Origin: an uncultured virus (IMG/VR IMGVR_UViG_3300024229_000001)
Lineage: Duplodnaviria > Heunggongvirae > Uroviricota > Caudoviricetes
Length of the DNA: 64,000 nucleotides
Virus record (IMG/VR): IMGVR_UViG_3300024229_000001
Reading direction: 5' to 3' (one strand)
The translations under genes were made by a program, and so were the position numbers. Under the pieces are notes generated by a model that had not been told where the DNA came from, made no database searches, and saw only the letters and a list, made by a program, of their open reading frames with translations. Of the stretch, positions 34,497 through 43,911 are shown piece after piece (the first letter of the stretch is position 1; every line of letters starts with the position of its first letter).

Positions 34497-35861
34497 ATGC
34501 TGAAGTTTAGATCTTTTTTATCTGAAGGAATGACGGCTCTCAGACCTGGAGAGCTTAGCAAGCCGAACAGTAAAACTAAAGAACCAAGAATTGATATTCT
34601 TAAGCATGCTGTAATTAATGGTATTACCTTGGCTTTGGCCAAAGATAACTCAGAAGTAAAGTTCGCAAATACCCCTGAAAATATTACAGCTGTAGATAAT
34701 TTTGATGGTAAAACCCCATTTGATTTAGTTACTGTTGATGGTCGAACTATTTCATCTTCAAAGATTGGTAAGTCAGCTATTTTTGGCGGTGGCGCAGGTG
34801 CTGGTGGTGGTACAGAAAATACTGCTCAGACTGAATCAGGTCAATGTTTATGGTTAGCAGCAATGCTTGAATATGGTAACCAACCAATTGAGTTCTTTAC
34901 TCCATCCATTCTTAAAAAAGCTATGAACCGTATTGATGTAGGTAAAACATCATTTGATGAAATGATTTCAATGGATTCAGCATGGCAAGTTTCAGCTTAC
35001 CTTTCAGCACAAAAAATTATTAAAGCTGGCTATGCAACTAAAAAGCATAAGCTCCATCGCGATTCTTCAGCAATGAATTACATCTATAAAAAAGCAAAGA
35101 AAGAAGCCTTTAAGAATTCTGGTATCTCTGCATTAACAGATGATAAATGGAATCCAGGCGATATCTGGGCTATTGAAGATGGTGTAGACCTAAAGAAAGA
35201 ACTAGATACTTCTTCAATTGGTGCACTTAATACTTCACTTCTACGTCTATTCAAAGAACGTAAAGTTGTAGGTATTTCCCTTAAGCTTGTAAAGAAAGAA
35301 GCTAAAGCAAAAGAATATAACGTTGAAGGTTCTCCACAGAATCATAAATTTGTATCTGGTGCTGTAAAAACTCAACGCGGAACGTTCTTCTCAAACAAAG
35401 GTGGCACTGTACAATTTAGCGGTGGCACTATGGAAATCAGGCCAAATAACTATCTTGGAGCAAATAAGATCGAAATTATGGGCAAAACAGCCCGCGGCGG
35501 CGGAGCTGGCTGGGGTGTTATTATGGCAGCTGGTAAAAGATATCTCAATGTCAATATTCCAGCGCATGGATCCATTAAACGTATAGCACAAAAATTAGCT
35601 TCTGGTAAAAATAAAAGATCCGAATTATACTTCTACAAAATGGCAAAAAATGCTGACCCATCTTTAACCTTTGACTATTACATGGAAGAGATTAGAAATA
35701 AAGATGCAGGTTGGTTCTCAGCTAAATTAGCTGCTGTAATGATTGTGCATTATTTAAATACCAATAAAGGCAGAAAGGCAGATTCATTTGTAAATGCAAT
35801 TGTGAATTATGCAGCATCGAGTTCTGATGATTCATCAGCATTCGTAAAAATTTACCAATAG
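34497..35861 (+). CDS. putative virion-packaged protein with a PD-(D/E)xK-like domain
   Basis: MLKFRSFLSE N-terminus; TES...WNPGDIW...GISLK. Confidence 0.55.
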   Translation: MLKFRSFLSEGMTALRPGELSKPNSKTKEPRIDILKHAVINGITLALAKDNSEVKFANTPENITAVDNFDGKTPFDLVTVDGRTISSSKIGKSAIFGGGAGAGGGTENTAQTESGQCLWLAAMLEYGNQPIEFFTPSILKKAMNRIDVGKTSFDEMISMDSAWQVSAYLSAQKIIKAGYATKKHKLHRDSSAMNYIYKKAKKEAFKNSGISALTDDKWNPGDIWAIEDGVDLKKELDTSSIGALNTSLLRLFKERKVVGISLKLVKKEAKAKEYNVEGSPQNHKFVSGAVKTQRGTFFSNKGGTVQFSGGTMEIRPNNYLGANKIEIMGKTARGGGAGWGVIMAAGKRYLNVNIPAHGSIKRIAQKLASGKNKRSELYFYKMAKNADPSLTFDYYMEEIRNKDAGWFSAKLAAVMIVHYLNTNKGRKADSFVNAIVNYAASSSDDSSAFVKIYQ

Positions 35862-35869
35862 GAAAAAAC

Positions 35870-37108
35870 ATGAAAAACTTTAAGTCTTACCTTTCTGAAC
35901 AAAAGAATACTCACATGACTCACATTGAAGATCAAGTGATTTATGGAGGTGTGAAAGGCGCAAGGGATGCTATTCTAGCTTTGCGTTCTCTTCGTGATAT
36001 GTTAGCGGGTAATGCCAAAGGTTCTACAGATGTTACTGTAAAATGGGATGGCGCACCTGCAGTTTTTGCAGGAGTTGATCCAGCCGATGGGCAATTCTTT
36101 GTAGCCAAAAAGGGCATTTTTAACAAGAATCCAAAGGTATATAAATCTCATGAAGACATCGAAGAAGATACAAGTGGAGACTTACAAACAAAACTCAAAA
36201 TCGCTTATGATGAGCTTAGTAAGCTTGGTATCCGAGGTGTCGTCCAAGGTGATATTATGTTTACTTCAAATGATCTTAAAACTGAGTCAATTGATGGTCA
36301 AAAGTTTCTTACTTTTCACCCTAACACCATTATGTATGCTATTCCCGTCGATTCCGACGAAGCTAAAAAAATTAAAAAAGCACGCATTGGAGTGGTCTTT
36401 CATACGTCGTACGATGGAGCTACTTTCGAGACTATGAAGGCATCATATGGTGTTGACGTTGATAAATTCAAAAGTGTATCTTCAGTATGGGCTGAAACCG
36501 CTACACTGCGTGACTTATCGGGCACAGCAACATTAACAAAAAAAGATACTGACGAAGTTACGAAAGCTCTCTCAGATGCTGGCAAGATTTTTCGTAAGAT
36601 CGCTGGTTCTACACTTCGTGATATTGAAAAGAATCCTGACTTTGCAAGTATAATTGAAACACATGGTAATAGATATGTAAGAAAAGGTGAAGCTGTAACA
36701 GATACTAAAAAGCATGTTGATACTCTTATTCAATTCATTAATGATAAGTTTGAAAAAGAAGCCGGTAAGCGTTCAACTGATAAGGGTAAACAAGCACAAT
36801 ATACTAAAAGAGATGAATTTCTAAAATTCTTTTCTGAAAAAAATAAAAAGAATTTAAAATTAGTGTTTGATTTACAGAAAGCTATTGTAGTTGCGAAGTT
36901 AATTATTATAAATAAACTTGATAGACTGAAGACAATAAATACTTTTGTTAAAACAAAATCTGGGTTTAAAGTAACCAGCCAAGAAGGCTTTGTTGCTATT
37001 GACCGTATTGGTGGCGGAGCAGTTAAAATTGTAGATAGATTAGAATTCTCCTACAACAACTTCTCCCCTGATATATTAAAAGGTTGGGACACTGCGTCTC
37101 GTTCTTAA
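35870..37108 (+). CDS. ligase-superfamily nucleotidyltransferase-like protein (DUF6267-like)
   Basis: MKNFKSYLSE N-terminus; KWDG, QGD, EGFV, VKIV. Confidence 0.6.
   Translation: MKNFKSYLSEQKNTHMTHIEDQVIYGGVKGARDAILALRSLRDMLAGNAKGSTDVTVKWDGAPAVFAGVDPADGQFFVAKKGIFNKNPKVYKSHEDIEEDTSGDLQTKLKIAYDELSKLGIRGVVQGDIMFTSNDLKTESIDGQKFLTFHPNTIMYAIPVDSDEAKKIKKARIGVVFHTSYDGATFETMKASYGVDVDKFKSVSSVWAETATLRDLSGTATLTKKDTDEVTKALSDAGKIFRKIAGSTLRDIEKNPDFASIIETHGNRYVRKGEAVTDTKKHVDTLIQFINDKFEKEAGKRSTDKGKQAQYTKRDEFLKFFSEKNKKNLKLVFDLQKAIVVAKLIIINKLDRLKTINTFVKTKSGFKVTSQEGFVAIDRIGGGAVKIVDRLEFSYNNFSPDILKGWDTASRS
36907..36914 (+). promoter_or_regulatory. internal late promoter
   Basis: TATAAATA. Confidence 0.5.
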
Positions 37109-37123
37109 TGGGAAAGAAGAATA

Positions 37124-37585
37124 ATGTATTCATTCAAAGACTTTTTAACTGTAGACTATACAGGCACTGGCGACGAACAGCTCGCCAAAAATGCTAAGAG
37201 ACGTAAGACAGACGATACATCTGGCGACTTAGCAGCTTCATATGACCCGAGTGTAGATGAAGCTCTTACCCAAGCTCAAAGACAAAAAATGAAAATGGCC
37301 ATGCGAAAGAATAAAGCCAAAATCGCATTGGGCCAGAAAAAAGCGCGTAAGAAATTAGCATCTCCAGAGAAGCTGAAGAAACGTGCTGAAAAAGCTGCTC
37401 GTAATATTCTCATTAAGAAAATTACAAAAGATAAAGATAAGGCTGATCTTTCTTATTCTGCAAGAGCAAGCATTGAAAAGCGCATTGAGAAAAAGGGTGC
37501 AACAATTAAAAAACTTGCAAAGAAATTACTCCCTAAAATTAAAAAAGCCGATCGTGAAAAACTAAAAGCGACTAAGGGAGAGTAA
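37124..37585 (+). CDS. very basic hypothetical protein
   Basis: MYSFKDFL N-terminus; Lys/Arg-rich helices after SVDE. Confidence 0.7.
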   Translation: MYSFKDFLTVDYTGTGDEQLAKNAKRRKTDDTSGDLAASYDPSVDEALTQAQRQKMKMAMRKNKAKIALGQKKARKKLASPEKLKKRAEKAARNILIKKITKDKDKADLSYSARASIEKRIEKKGATIKKLAKKLLPKIKKADREKLKATKGE

Positions 37586-37587
37586 CT

Positions 37588-38925
37588 TTGAAGTCCTTTA
37601 ACGAATATCTTACCGAAGAGACTAAAGAGGTAGTATTTACCTTTGGCAGATTTAATCCGCCAACCGTTGGTCATGAAAAGTTAATTTCTAAAGTTGCCTC
37701 TCTAGCAAAGGGAAACAACTATCGCGTGTATGCGTCTAAATCTCAAGATGCTAAAAAGAATCCATTAGACTTTAATACAAAAGTTAAGACCATGCGGAAG
37801 ATGTTTCCTAAGCATGGTAGAAATATTATGTCTGATAAAGATGTTCGTAATGCATTAGACATTTTGGTAAAGCTATACGATCAAGGGTTTACCAAAGTTA
37901 CTATGGTTGTTGGTTCAGATCGAGTTAATGAATTCTCTGCACTAACAAATAAGTATAACGGCGTTAAATCTCGTCATGGTATGTACAACTTTGAAGATGG
38001 TATTAATGTTGTATCAGCTGGTGAAAGAGATCCTGATGCAGATGATGTATCGGGTATGTCAGCTTCTAAGATGAGAGCTGCAGCTGCAGATAATGACTAT
38101 CCTACATTCTCAAAAGGTCTTCCATCTAGTTTCAAAGGTGGTAAAGATCTATTCGATAGTTTACGTAAAGCAATGGGTATCAAAGAAGCTGCTGAATATA
38201 AGAATCATGTTCAATTAGCACCGGTTTCTGATCTACGTGAAGCATATATCAAGCAACGTATTTTTGAAGAAGGTGAACAAGTAGTAATTACTGCAAAAGG
38301 TATTGTTGGTACTATTACTAAACTTGGTGCTAATTACTTAGTTGTAGAATCAAAAGGTGAAACTTGGAGATGCTGGTTAGATCAAGTATCTAAGGTAGAT
38401 CCTAATGAAGAATCAATCCTTGCATTAGCTTCAGAAGTACAGCCAGCAGAACACTCCCTTGAAGAAGCAAGAGAGCAGCCAAAAGATAAAGACTCTGGTA
38501 TGAAAAAATCATATGCCTCAGGTCTATCAAAATCAACAAATGCTAAACGTGCAGCTCAATTCAAAAAGCAAGCTAAAATGGATGACGATAATCCAGCTGC
38601 TTATAAGCCAGCTCCCGGCGATGCTACAGCAAAAACAAAAACTTCTAAGCACACCAAAAAGTTTAAAGACATGTACGGTGAAATGAAAGAATTAGAAGAA
38701 TCAAATGTTAAGGCTGCTTTACAGAAAAAGGCTGATAAAACTGGTATGCCATATGGAATACTTAAGAAAGTATTTGATAGAGGCGTAGCAGCTTGGAGAA
38801 CAGGACACCGTCCGGGTACTAACCCAACACAATGGGGACTTGCAAGAGTTAACTCATTCGCAACGAAATCATCAGGAACATGGGGCGGTGCTGATAAAGA
38901 CCTTGCCGCTAAAGTAAGAGGGTAA
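37588..38925 (+). CDS. HxGH-type nucleotidyltransferase (cytidyltransferase-like) fused to further modules (TTG start)
   Basis: FGRFNPPTVGH, VGSDR, MSASKMR; C-terminal RG.AAW..GHRPG..QW.LARVNSF. Confidence 0.8.
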   Translation: MKSFNEYLTEETKEVVFTFGRFNPPTVGHEKLISKVASLAKGNNYRVYASKSQDAKKNPLDFNTKVKTMRKMFPKHGRNIMSDKDVRNALDILVKLYDQGFTKVTMVVGSDRVNEFSALTNKYNGVKSRHGMYNFEDGINVVSAGERDPDADDVSGMSASKMRAAAADNDYPTFSKGLPSSFKGGKDLFDSLRKAMGIKEAAEYKNHVQLAPVSDLREAYIKQRIFEEGEQVVITAKGIVGTITKLGANYLVVESKGETWRCWLDQVSKVDPNEESILALASEVQPAEHSLEEAREQPKDKDSGMKKSYASGLSKSTNAKRAAQFKKQAKMDDDNPAAYKPAPGDATAKTKTSKHTKKFKDMYGEMKELEESNVKAALQKKADKTGMPYGILKKVFDRGVAAWRTGHRPGTNPTQWGLARVNSFATKSSGTWGGADKDLAAKVRG

Positions 38926-38926
38926 C

Positions 38927-40471
38927 ATGAAAACTTTAAGAGACATTAGAGAAGCATTAGAAGTCGGCACCGACGAAATTGTTGCTGCTTATAAAAAAGC
39001 AACTCCAGGCGAAGTGAAAGAAGAAGATATGCCAGCTTCTCCTGATGAAGCAGGTATGGCAATGGATCAAGCTAAGTTTATTGGCTATGTCGCAGATGAG
39101 ATTATGGAATACATTCAAGGAAACAATGAATTTCCTGAGTGGATGCAAAATAAGCTTTCAGCCCTCCATGAAAAAGCTAAAGGTGTGCACGCCGTAATGG
39201 CAGGCAAATACAATGAATCAGTTCAAGAAGAATTGGTTGACGAAGCAAGCAAAGGCATTGAAGCAATGAAAAAAGCAGGCAATGCAAAAGCAGATGCAGA
39301 GGCAAAGGAACGGGCTAAAAAAGATCGTGCTGGTAAACCACGTCCAAGTCCATCATTTAAATCCATCAAAAGAAAACAATATGGAAATATGATGGGTAAA
39401 CTAAAAGAAGAAGATCTTCAGGAACTAGATGCACAAACCCAAAAGAAATTTTCTATGGGTGCAAAAAATATGAAAGCATATGCTCAAAAGAATGGTGGCG
39501 TAGATAAAAAAGACTTTATGGATGTTGCTAAACTTCTAGATCAAATTGCTCGTGTAAACCTATTACAAGCTGGTCAACTTCTTTCCCGCCTAAATCGTTT
39601 GGTTGATGGTATGGATACCGATGTCCGCGAACGTATTTACGTTGAGCTAAAAAAGGTTGGTCTTGTAGAATCAGTTGAAGAATCCTTTAAGCCTCATATG
39701 ATGTATGATCCAGAAACTGGTAAAGCCTATAAAGCTGATAAAGAAGAAGATCATCTTCGCATGAAAAAAATGGGTTATACCCATGAAAAACCAGATATGG
39801 ATGAAGCTAAGCAAAAGAATTGGATGGTAACTGTTACTAAACCAATCAATAAGCTTAAAAAGGGAATGAAAGTAGTTGTTCCAGCTCGTAACACTGCTGA
39901 AGCTATGAAAAAAGCTTTGAAGAGAATGGGTGAAAATCCTGCTGCAATTGGTTCTGGTCACCTTGATGTTCAGCTTGATAAGTCCCTTGGCGAATCTGTT
40001 CAGATTGATGAAGCTAAATTTACGCCTAAAGAAATTAAAATGGCTATTGGAATTGCATCTGATCCACGATATAAAGGTGGTAATATGACGGGTGCGGCTA
40101 AAGCAATTAATAAAATCAAAAAAGGTCTATCAGATTATCCACAAGTTGCAGCAGTCTTAAAAAGACAAAATGAATCAGTAGATCTTGAAGAAAAGCTCCA
40201 AGTTTCCGATGGCATGGCAAAATGGATTGAAGATTTCCAAAAGTCTGATGCTCCACAGTTTGTAGAAAAAGATAAGAATGAACGCCGTGAAATGGCTATT
40301 GCGGCTTATCTTGCAGCAAAGCGCAAAAATAAAGATATTGAAGAAGCTAAAAAAACCAAAAAAGTTTCTGGTAAGAAATTAACTCCTGATCAAATTCGTA
40401 AAGCTTTAGGATCAGTTAAAGCTAAAGGTAAAGAAACAGTATCTCTTAAGAAAGCACCGTGGGACAAGTAA
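38927..40471 (+). CDS. modular hypothetical protein (putative protease-processed polyprotein)
   Basis: About 9-10 short modules separated by acidic ES/xxE linkers. Confidence 0.7.
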   Translation: MKTLRDIREALEVGTDEIVAAYKKATPGEVKEEDMPASPDEAGMAMDQAKFIGYVADEIMEYIQGNNEFPEWMQNKLSALHEKAKGVHAVMAGKYNESVQEELVDEASKGIEAMKKAGNAKADAEAKERAKKDRAGKPRPSPSFKSIKRKQYGNMMGKLKEEDLQELDAQTQKKFSMGAKNMKAYAQKNGGVDKKDFMDVAKLLDQIARVNLLQAGQLLSRLNRLVDGMDTDVRERIYVELKKVGLVESVEESFKPHMMYDPETGKAYKADKEEDHLRMKKMGYTHEKPDMDEAKQKNWMVTVTKPINKLKKGMKVVVPARNTAEAMKKALKRMGENPAAIGSGHLDVQLDKSLGESVQIDEAKFTPKEIKMAIGIASDPRYKGGNMTGAAKAINKIKKGLSDYPQVAAVLKRQNESVDLEEKLQVSDGMAKWIEDFQKSDAPQFVEKDKNERREMAIAAYLAAKRKNKDIEEAKKTKKVSGKKLTPDQIRKALGSVKAKGKETVSLKKAPWDK

Positions 40472-40701
40472 TGTTAACCTTTCAAGAATATTTACAAGAA
40501 GGTTCTGAATCTTGGGAAAAAGGTTTTGAACGTCGTGTTGTAAAGACCACTAAACCTGAGCATAAAGAAAAAGGTTACAAATGGAGAATCAAAGGAAAAG
40601 ATCGTCCTGAGATTTCTATTAAGTTGTATAAAACAAAACCTGATTTTGCAGAATTTAAAAAACAAATGCGCAGGGTCGCAGGACATGAGTTTGGCGGATG
40701 A
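40471..40701 (+). CDS. small basic protein with CTS-like N-terminus
   Basis: MLTFQEYLQE; TAATG coupling. Confidence 0.7.
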   Translation: MLTFQEYLQEGSESWEKGFERRVVKTTKPEHKEKGYKWRIKGKDRPEISIKLYKTKPDFAEFKKQMRRVAGHEFGG

Positions 40702-41246
40702 TTAGTTTCAAAGAACATAACACCAATCCTTTAGTGAATCTAGAATATCATTCTAATAATGGTATTCCTTTGAATGAAAACTTATTTAGAGTAGGTTCAC
40801 AGGCTTATTATGAACTTTTTCAAGAGGCCCGTCGTCTTATGAAAGAGGGTGTCTATACACCAGAAGGTGTTGATAAGTTCTTATTAGAAGAAACTGATAT
40901 TGGCGAATATGGTTTATATGAAGGTCAATTTGTCCCTATTGATTGTCCTTTAATGGAAGCAGAATATAAAGGTAAAGAAGTAGAACTTAACGAACCTAAA
41001 AGAGGCGGCGATAAAAAGTTCTATGTTTACGTAAAAAATGATAAAGGCAATGTGATTAAGATCCAGTTTGGAGATACCACAGGCCTGAAAGCAAAAATTA
41101 ATGATCCAGAGGCAAGAAAGAGCTTTGCTGCTCGCCATCAATGCGATCAGAAAAAAGATAAGACTAAGGCCGGATATTGGTCCTGTCGTCTTCCATATTA
41201 TGCTAAACAACTTGGTCTTTCGGGAGGAGGCAACTTCTTTTGGTAA
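40698..41246 (+). CDS. conserved hypothetical protein (DUF6321-like C-terminus)
   Basis: KKFYVYVK...FGD...ARKSFAARHQC...YWSC. Confidence 0.7.
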   Translation: MISFKEHNTNPLVNLEYHSNNGIPLNENLFRVGSQAYYELFQEARRLMKEGVYTPEGVDKFLLEETDIGEYGLYEGQFVPIDCPLMEAEYKGKEVELNEPKRGGDKKFYVYVKNDKGNVIKIQFGDTTGLKAKINDPEARKSFAARHQCDQKKDKTKAGYWSCRLPYYAKQLGLSGGGNFFW

Positions 41247-41500
41247 GACCATATCAGGATAATGATAGTGTTCGAATATTTAACTCCAATGTAGATAGTT
41301 CTGAGTTAGTTTGGCACCGTGATAGAGAAGATCGAACTGTTACAGTTTTAGAAGGAAATGGGTGGTCATTCCAATATGACGATTCATTACCATTTGAGTT
41401 GAAACATGGAGATCAATTTTTTATAGAGAAGATGACCTATCACAGGTTGCTAAAAGGTAATAATCAGCTTAGGGTTCTAATAGAGAAACACTATGGATAA
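41240..41500 (+). CDS. small cupin-like protein
   Basis: ELVWHRDREDR...YHRLLKG. Confidence 0.65.
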   Translation: MVRPYQDNDSVRIFNSNVDSSELVWHRDREDRTVTVLEGNGWSFQYDDSLPFELKHGDQFFIEKMTYHRLLKGNNQLRVLIEKHYG

Positions 41501-41798
41501 AAACTTAGAAGAACATATCATGCGAGACGAGAGACGCTTAGATCGCATTGAAGAAAAAATCGACCGCTTATCTGAAACAGTTATCTCTTTAGCGCGGGCT
41601 GAAGAAAAGCTTGTTAATCTAGAAGAAGATCGTAAGATTATCAATGACCGTTTGAACTCACATTCAGATCGTATTGATAGAGTAGAAACAAAAATCGACG
41701 AAACGACCATTACAGTAAGAGTAATTAATAGAATCTTCTGGATTGGTATAACTGTAACTGCGGCTGCTTGGGCTGGCCAATTATTTATGAACATGTAA
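41493..41798 (+). CDS. coiled-coil protein with C-terminal TM segment
   Basis: RLDRIEEKIDRL heptads, hydrophobic C-terminus. Confidence 0.7.
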   Translation: MDKNLEEHIMRDERRLDRIEEKIDRLSETVISLARAEEKLVNLEEDRKIINDRLNSHSDRIDRVETKIDETTITVRVINRIFWIGITVTAAAWAGQLFMNM

Positions 41799-41807
41799 GG
41801 AAAAGCA

Positions 41808-42236
41808 ATGGACACTATCAATAAAACATTAGCTCAAGCGTACTTAGATATGTATGAGACAAAAACAAAAACCGAAAGAAAAAGCTGGGTGCCAGAAGCA
41901 ATTGCTGATGAAGACGTAGCTGACTTTATGGGTGCTGCAGCAGCTGCCGCAAAAGCCGGTAAAAAAGAATTTAAATTTGGTGATAAGACATACAAAGTCA
42001 CCATGAAAAAATCAACTGTAGATGCAATTAACGATGAAGCTGAAGAAGCTTGCCCAGATTGTGGTAAAGTTCATGAAGGTTCATGCATGAAAGAATCACC
42101 TGAAGAGCCAAGAGCAAAAGGCGAAAAAGAATTCAAAAAGATGCATGATGACAATACTGAAATCACCGATGAAAAAGATGGTGAAGATGAAACATTTGAC
42201 AATATCAAAAAGTCAGCCGATTCAATCAAAAAATAA
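41808..42236 (+). CDS. hypothetical protein with a small CxxC..H..C module
   Basis: CPDCGKVHEGSC. Confidence 0.65.
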   Translation: MDTINKTLAQAYLDMYETKTKTERKSWVPEAIADEDVADFMGAAAAAAKAGKKEFKFGDKTYKVTMKKSTVDAINDEAEEACPDCGKVHEGSCMKESPEEPRAKGEKEFKKMHDDNTEITDEKDGEDETFDNIKKSADSIKK

Positions 42237-42246
42237 GGTATGACTA

Positions 42247-43080
42247 ATGGCTCAATATTCTGCACATAGACAGGAGTGGTTTGGATCAGTAACTAATAGC
42301 AACATTTTTGAAGTTGTTATGATCGCTGATAAAGACGGTAACATTATTAATTCTTCAGGAATTAGTTCTAACATCTATATTTCTGCAGGATTAGTTGACG
42401 GTTGGGCCAATGTGCATAAGTTTGGTGCTGTGCCATCTATGTCTCAAAATACCTCTGGTAGTATTTGGGATGTAGATGATACATATTATCCTTGGGATGC
42501 TTTTGATACTCCATCAGCTCTAACTATTAGTACCACAGCTTTTAACGGCAACGCATCATCTTTAGATGATGGTATTACGGTTCATGTTTTAGGCTTAAAT
42601 GAAAACTTTGAAGAAGTAGAAGATACCTTTACTATTTCTGGTAATTCTGCTACAGGCACTGTAGTTTTCAAAAGAGTTTATAGAGCATATATTGATGGAT
42701 CGGCAGCAAATCAAACACAAATTAGAGTATCAAATACCACAGCTGAAGTATTAAGAATCAACATTGGTAAATCACAAACACTTATGGCTATTTACACAGT
42801 CCCTGCAGGTAAAACTGGCTATTTGCTTCAAGGGACATCTACTTGTGCAGCAAATGCTGATGCTACAATAGATATGTTTGTGAGATACTTTGAACAAGAT
42901 TCGTTTAGAATTGGACATACTGCAGAAGTTGCTGGTGTTGGAGGCCAATATACATATCAATTTGGTGTTCCAATTAAAATTCCAGAAAAATCTGATTTAG
43001 ATATTAGAGCTGAAGTTAGATCAAATAATGCTAGAGTAACTGCTGCGTTTGATCTAGTATTAGTTGACAATGAAATATAG
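42247..43080 (+). CDS. putative structural beta-rich protein
   Basis: VHKFG, YTVPAGKTGY, PEKSDL; Gly/Thr/Ser-rich. Confidence 0.55.
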   Translation: MAQYSAHRQEWFGSVTNSNIFEVVMIADKDGNIINSSGISSNIYISAGLVDGWANVHKFGAVPSMSQNTSGSIWDVDDTYYPWDAFDTPSALTISTTAFNGNASSLDDGITVHVLGLNENFEEVEDTFTISGNSATGTVVFKRVYRAYIDGSAANQTQIRVSNTTAEVLRINIGKSQTLMAIYTVPAGKTGYLLQGTSTCAANADATIDMFVRYFEQDSFRIGHTAEVAGVGGQYTYQFGVPIKIPEKSDLDIRAEVRSNNARVTAAFDLVLVDNEI

Positions 43081-43090
43081 GAGATAAATT

Positions 43091-43507
43091 ATGGCTGTTC
43101 CCGGATGGTTAAAAGACGCAATTGCAACACCTCGTGGTTTTATTAGTAAGAAGGGTGAACTATTAAAAGCCCAGCGTATGACTGCACAGCAATGCGATGA
43201 ATTTAATAATCGTAAAAAAGAAGAACCAAAGACTATCAAATTGGATCTATCCACAGTAATTCCAACTGTGGTCTCTGAACCAGAAATTGAAGTAGTTGAA
43301 GATGAAATGACAGACACTCATTCAAATATTGAGATTACTGTTACTGGTGCAGATGAAGATGGTGATGGTGTTATATCTGAAGATGAATTAAAAAAGCTCA
43401 CAAAAGCAAAGTTAGAAAATATTGCTCGTGATTATGGCATTGAATTAGATCGTCGTAAAACAAAAAAAGCATTATTAGAAGAACTACTTGAGAAAATTGC
43501 TGAATAA
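43091..43507 (+). CDS. protein with EF-hand-like loop and C-terminal HeH/Rho_N-like domain
   Basis: DEDGDGVISEDE; LTKAKLENIARDYGIELDRRKTK. Confidence 0.6.
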   Translation: MAVPGWLKDAIATPRGFISKKGELLKAQRMTAQQCDEFNNRKKEEPKTIKLDLSTVIPTVVSEPEIEVVEDEMTDTHSNIEITVTGADEDGDGVISEDELKKLTKAKLENIARDYGIELDRRKTKKALLEELLEKIAE

Positions 43508-43542
43508 ATAGATATAACATAATCTATTTTATTGAGGCATTA

Positions 43543-43911
43543 ATGAAAATTTTTGAGCGATTGAATGAAGAGAACTTTCTCTTATACGCAGCAAATAATT
43601 ATAAGAATCCAAACTGCACAGACGCAGAAGAATTTTATGACGATTTGAATCGGTTTAAGTATATCAAAAGACTACTTGGTAGATATTATAATGACGATGA
43701 TTTGCAAGAAAGATTAATACTAAATCATGTTGTAATTTTAGCAAATGTTTTTGGAATTGAAGCAGCAGTAAAAATGTTGTGGTATAAAGTAAATAAAGAG
43801 CATTGGCCGGTAATTAAACCAATGCTAATCTATTTAAATTATATTACAGAAAAAGAAAAAATGGATGTTCCTTTAGATCCATTAATAATAGAAAGACTTA
43901 GGAAAATTTAA
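43543..43911 (+). CDS. conserved T4-like hypothetical protein
   Basis: Y.NP.C...EEF..DL.RFKYIKRL, ERLILNH. Confidence 0.75.
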   Translation: MKIFERLNEENFLLYAANNYKNPNCTDAEEFYDDLNRFKYIKRLLGRYYNDDDLQERLILNHVVILANVFGIEAAVKMLWYKVNKEHWPVIKPMLIYLNYITEKEKMDVPLDPLIIERLRKI

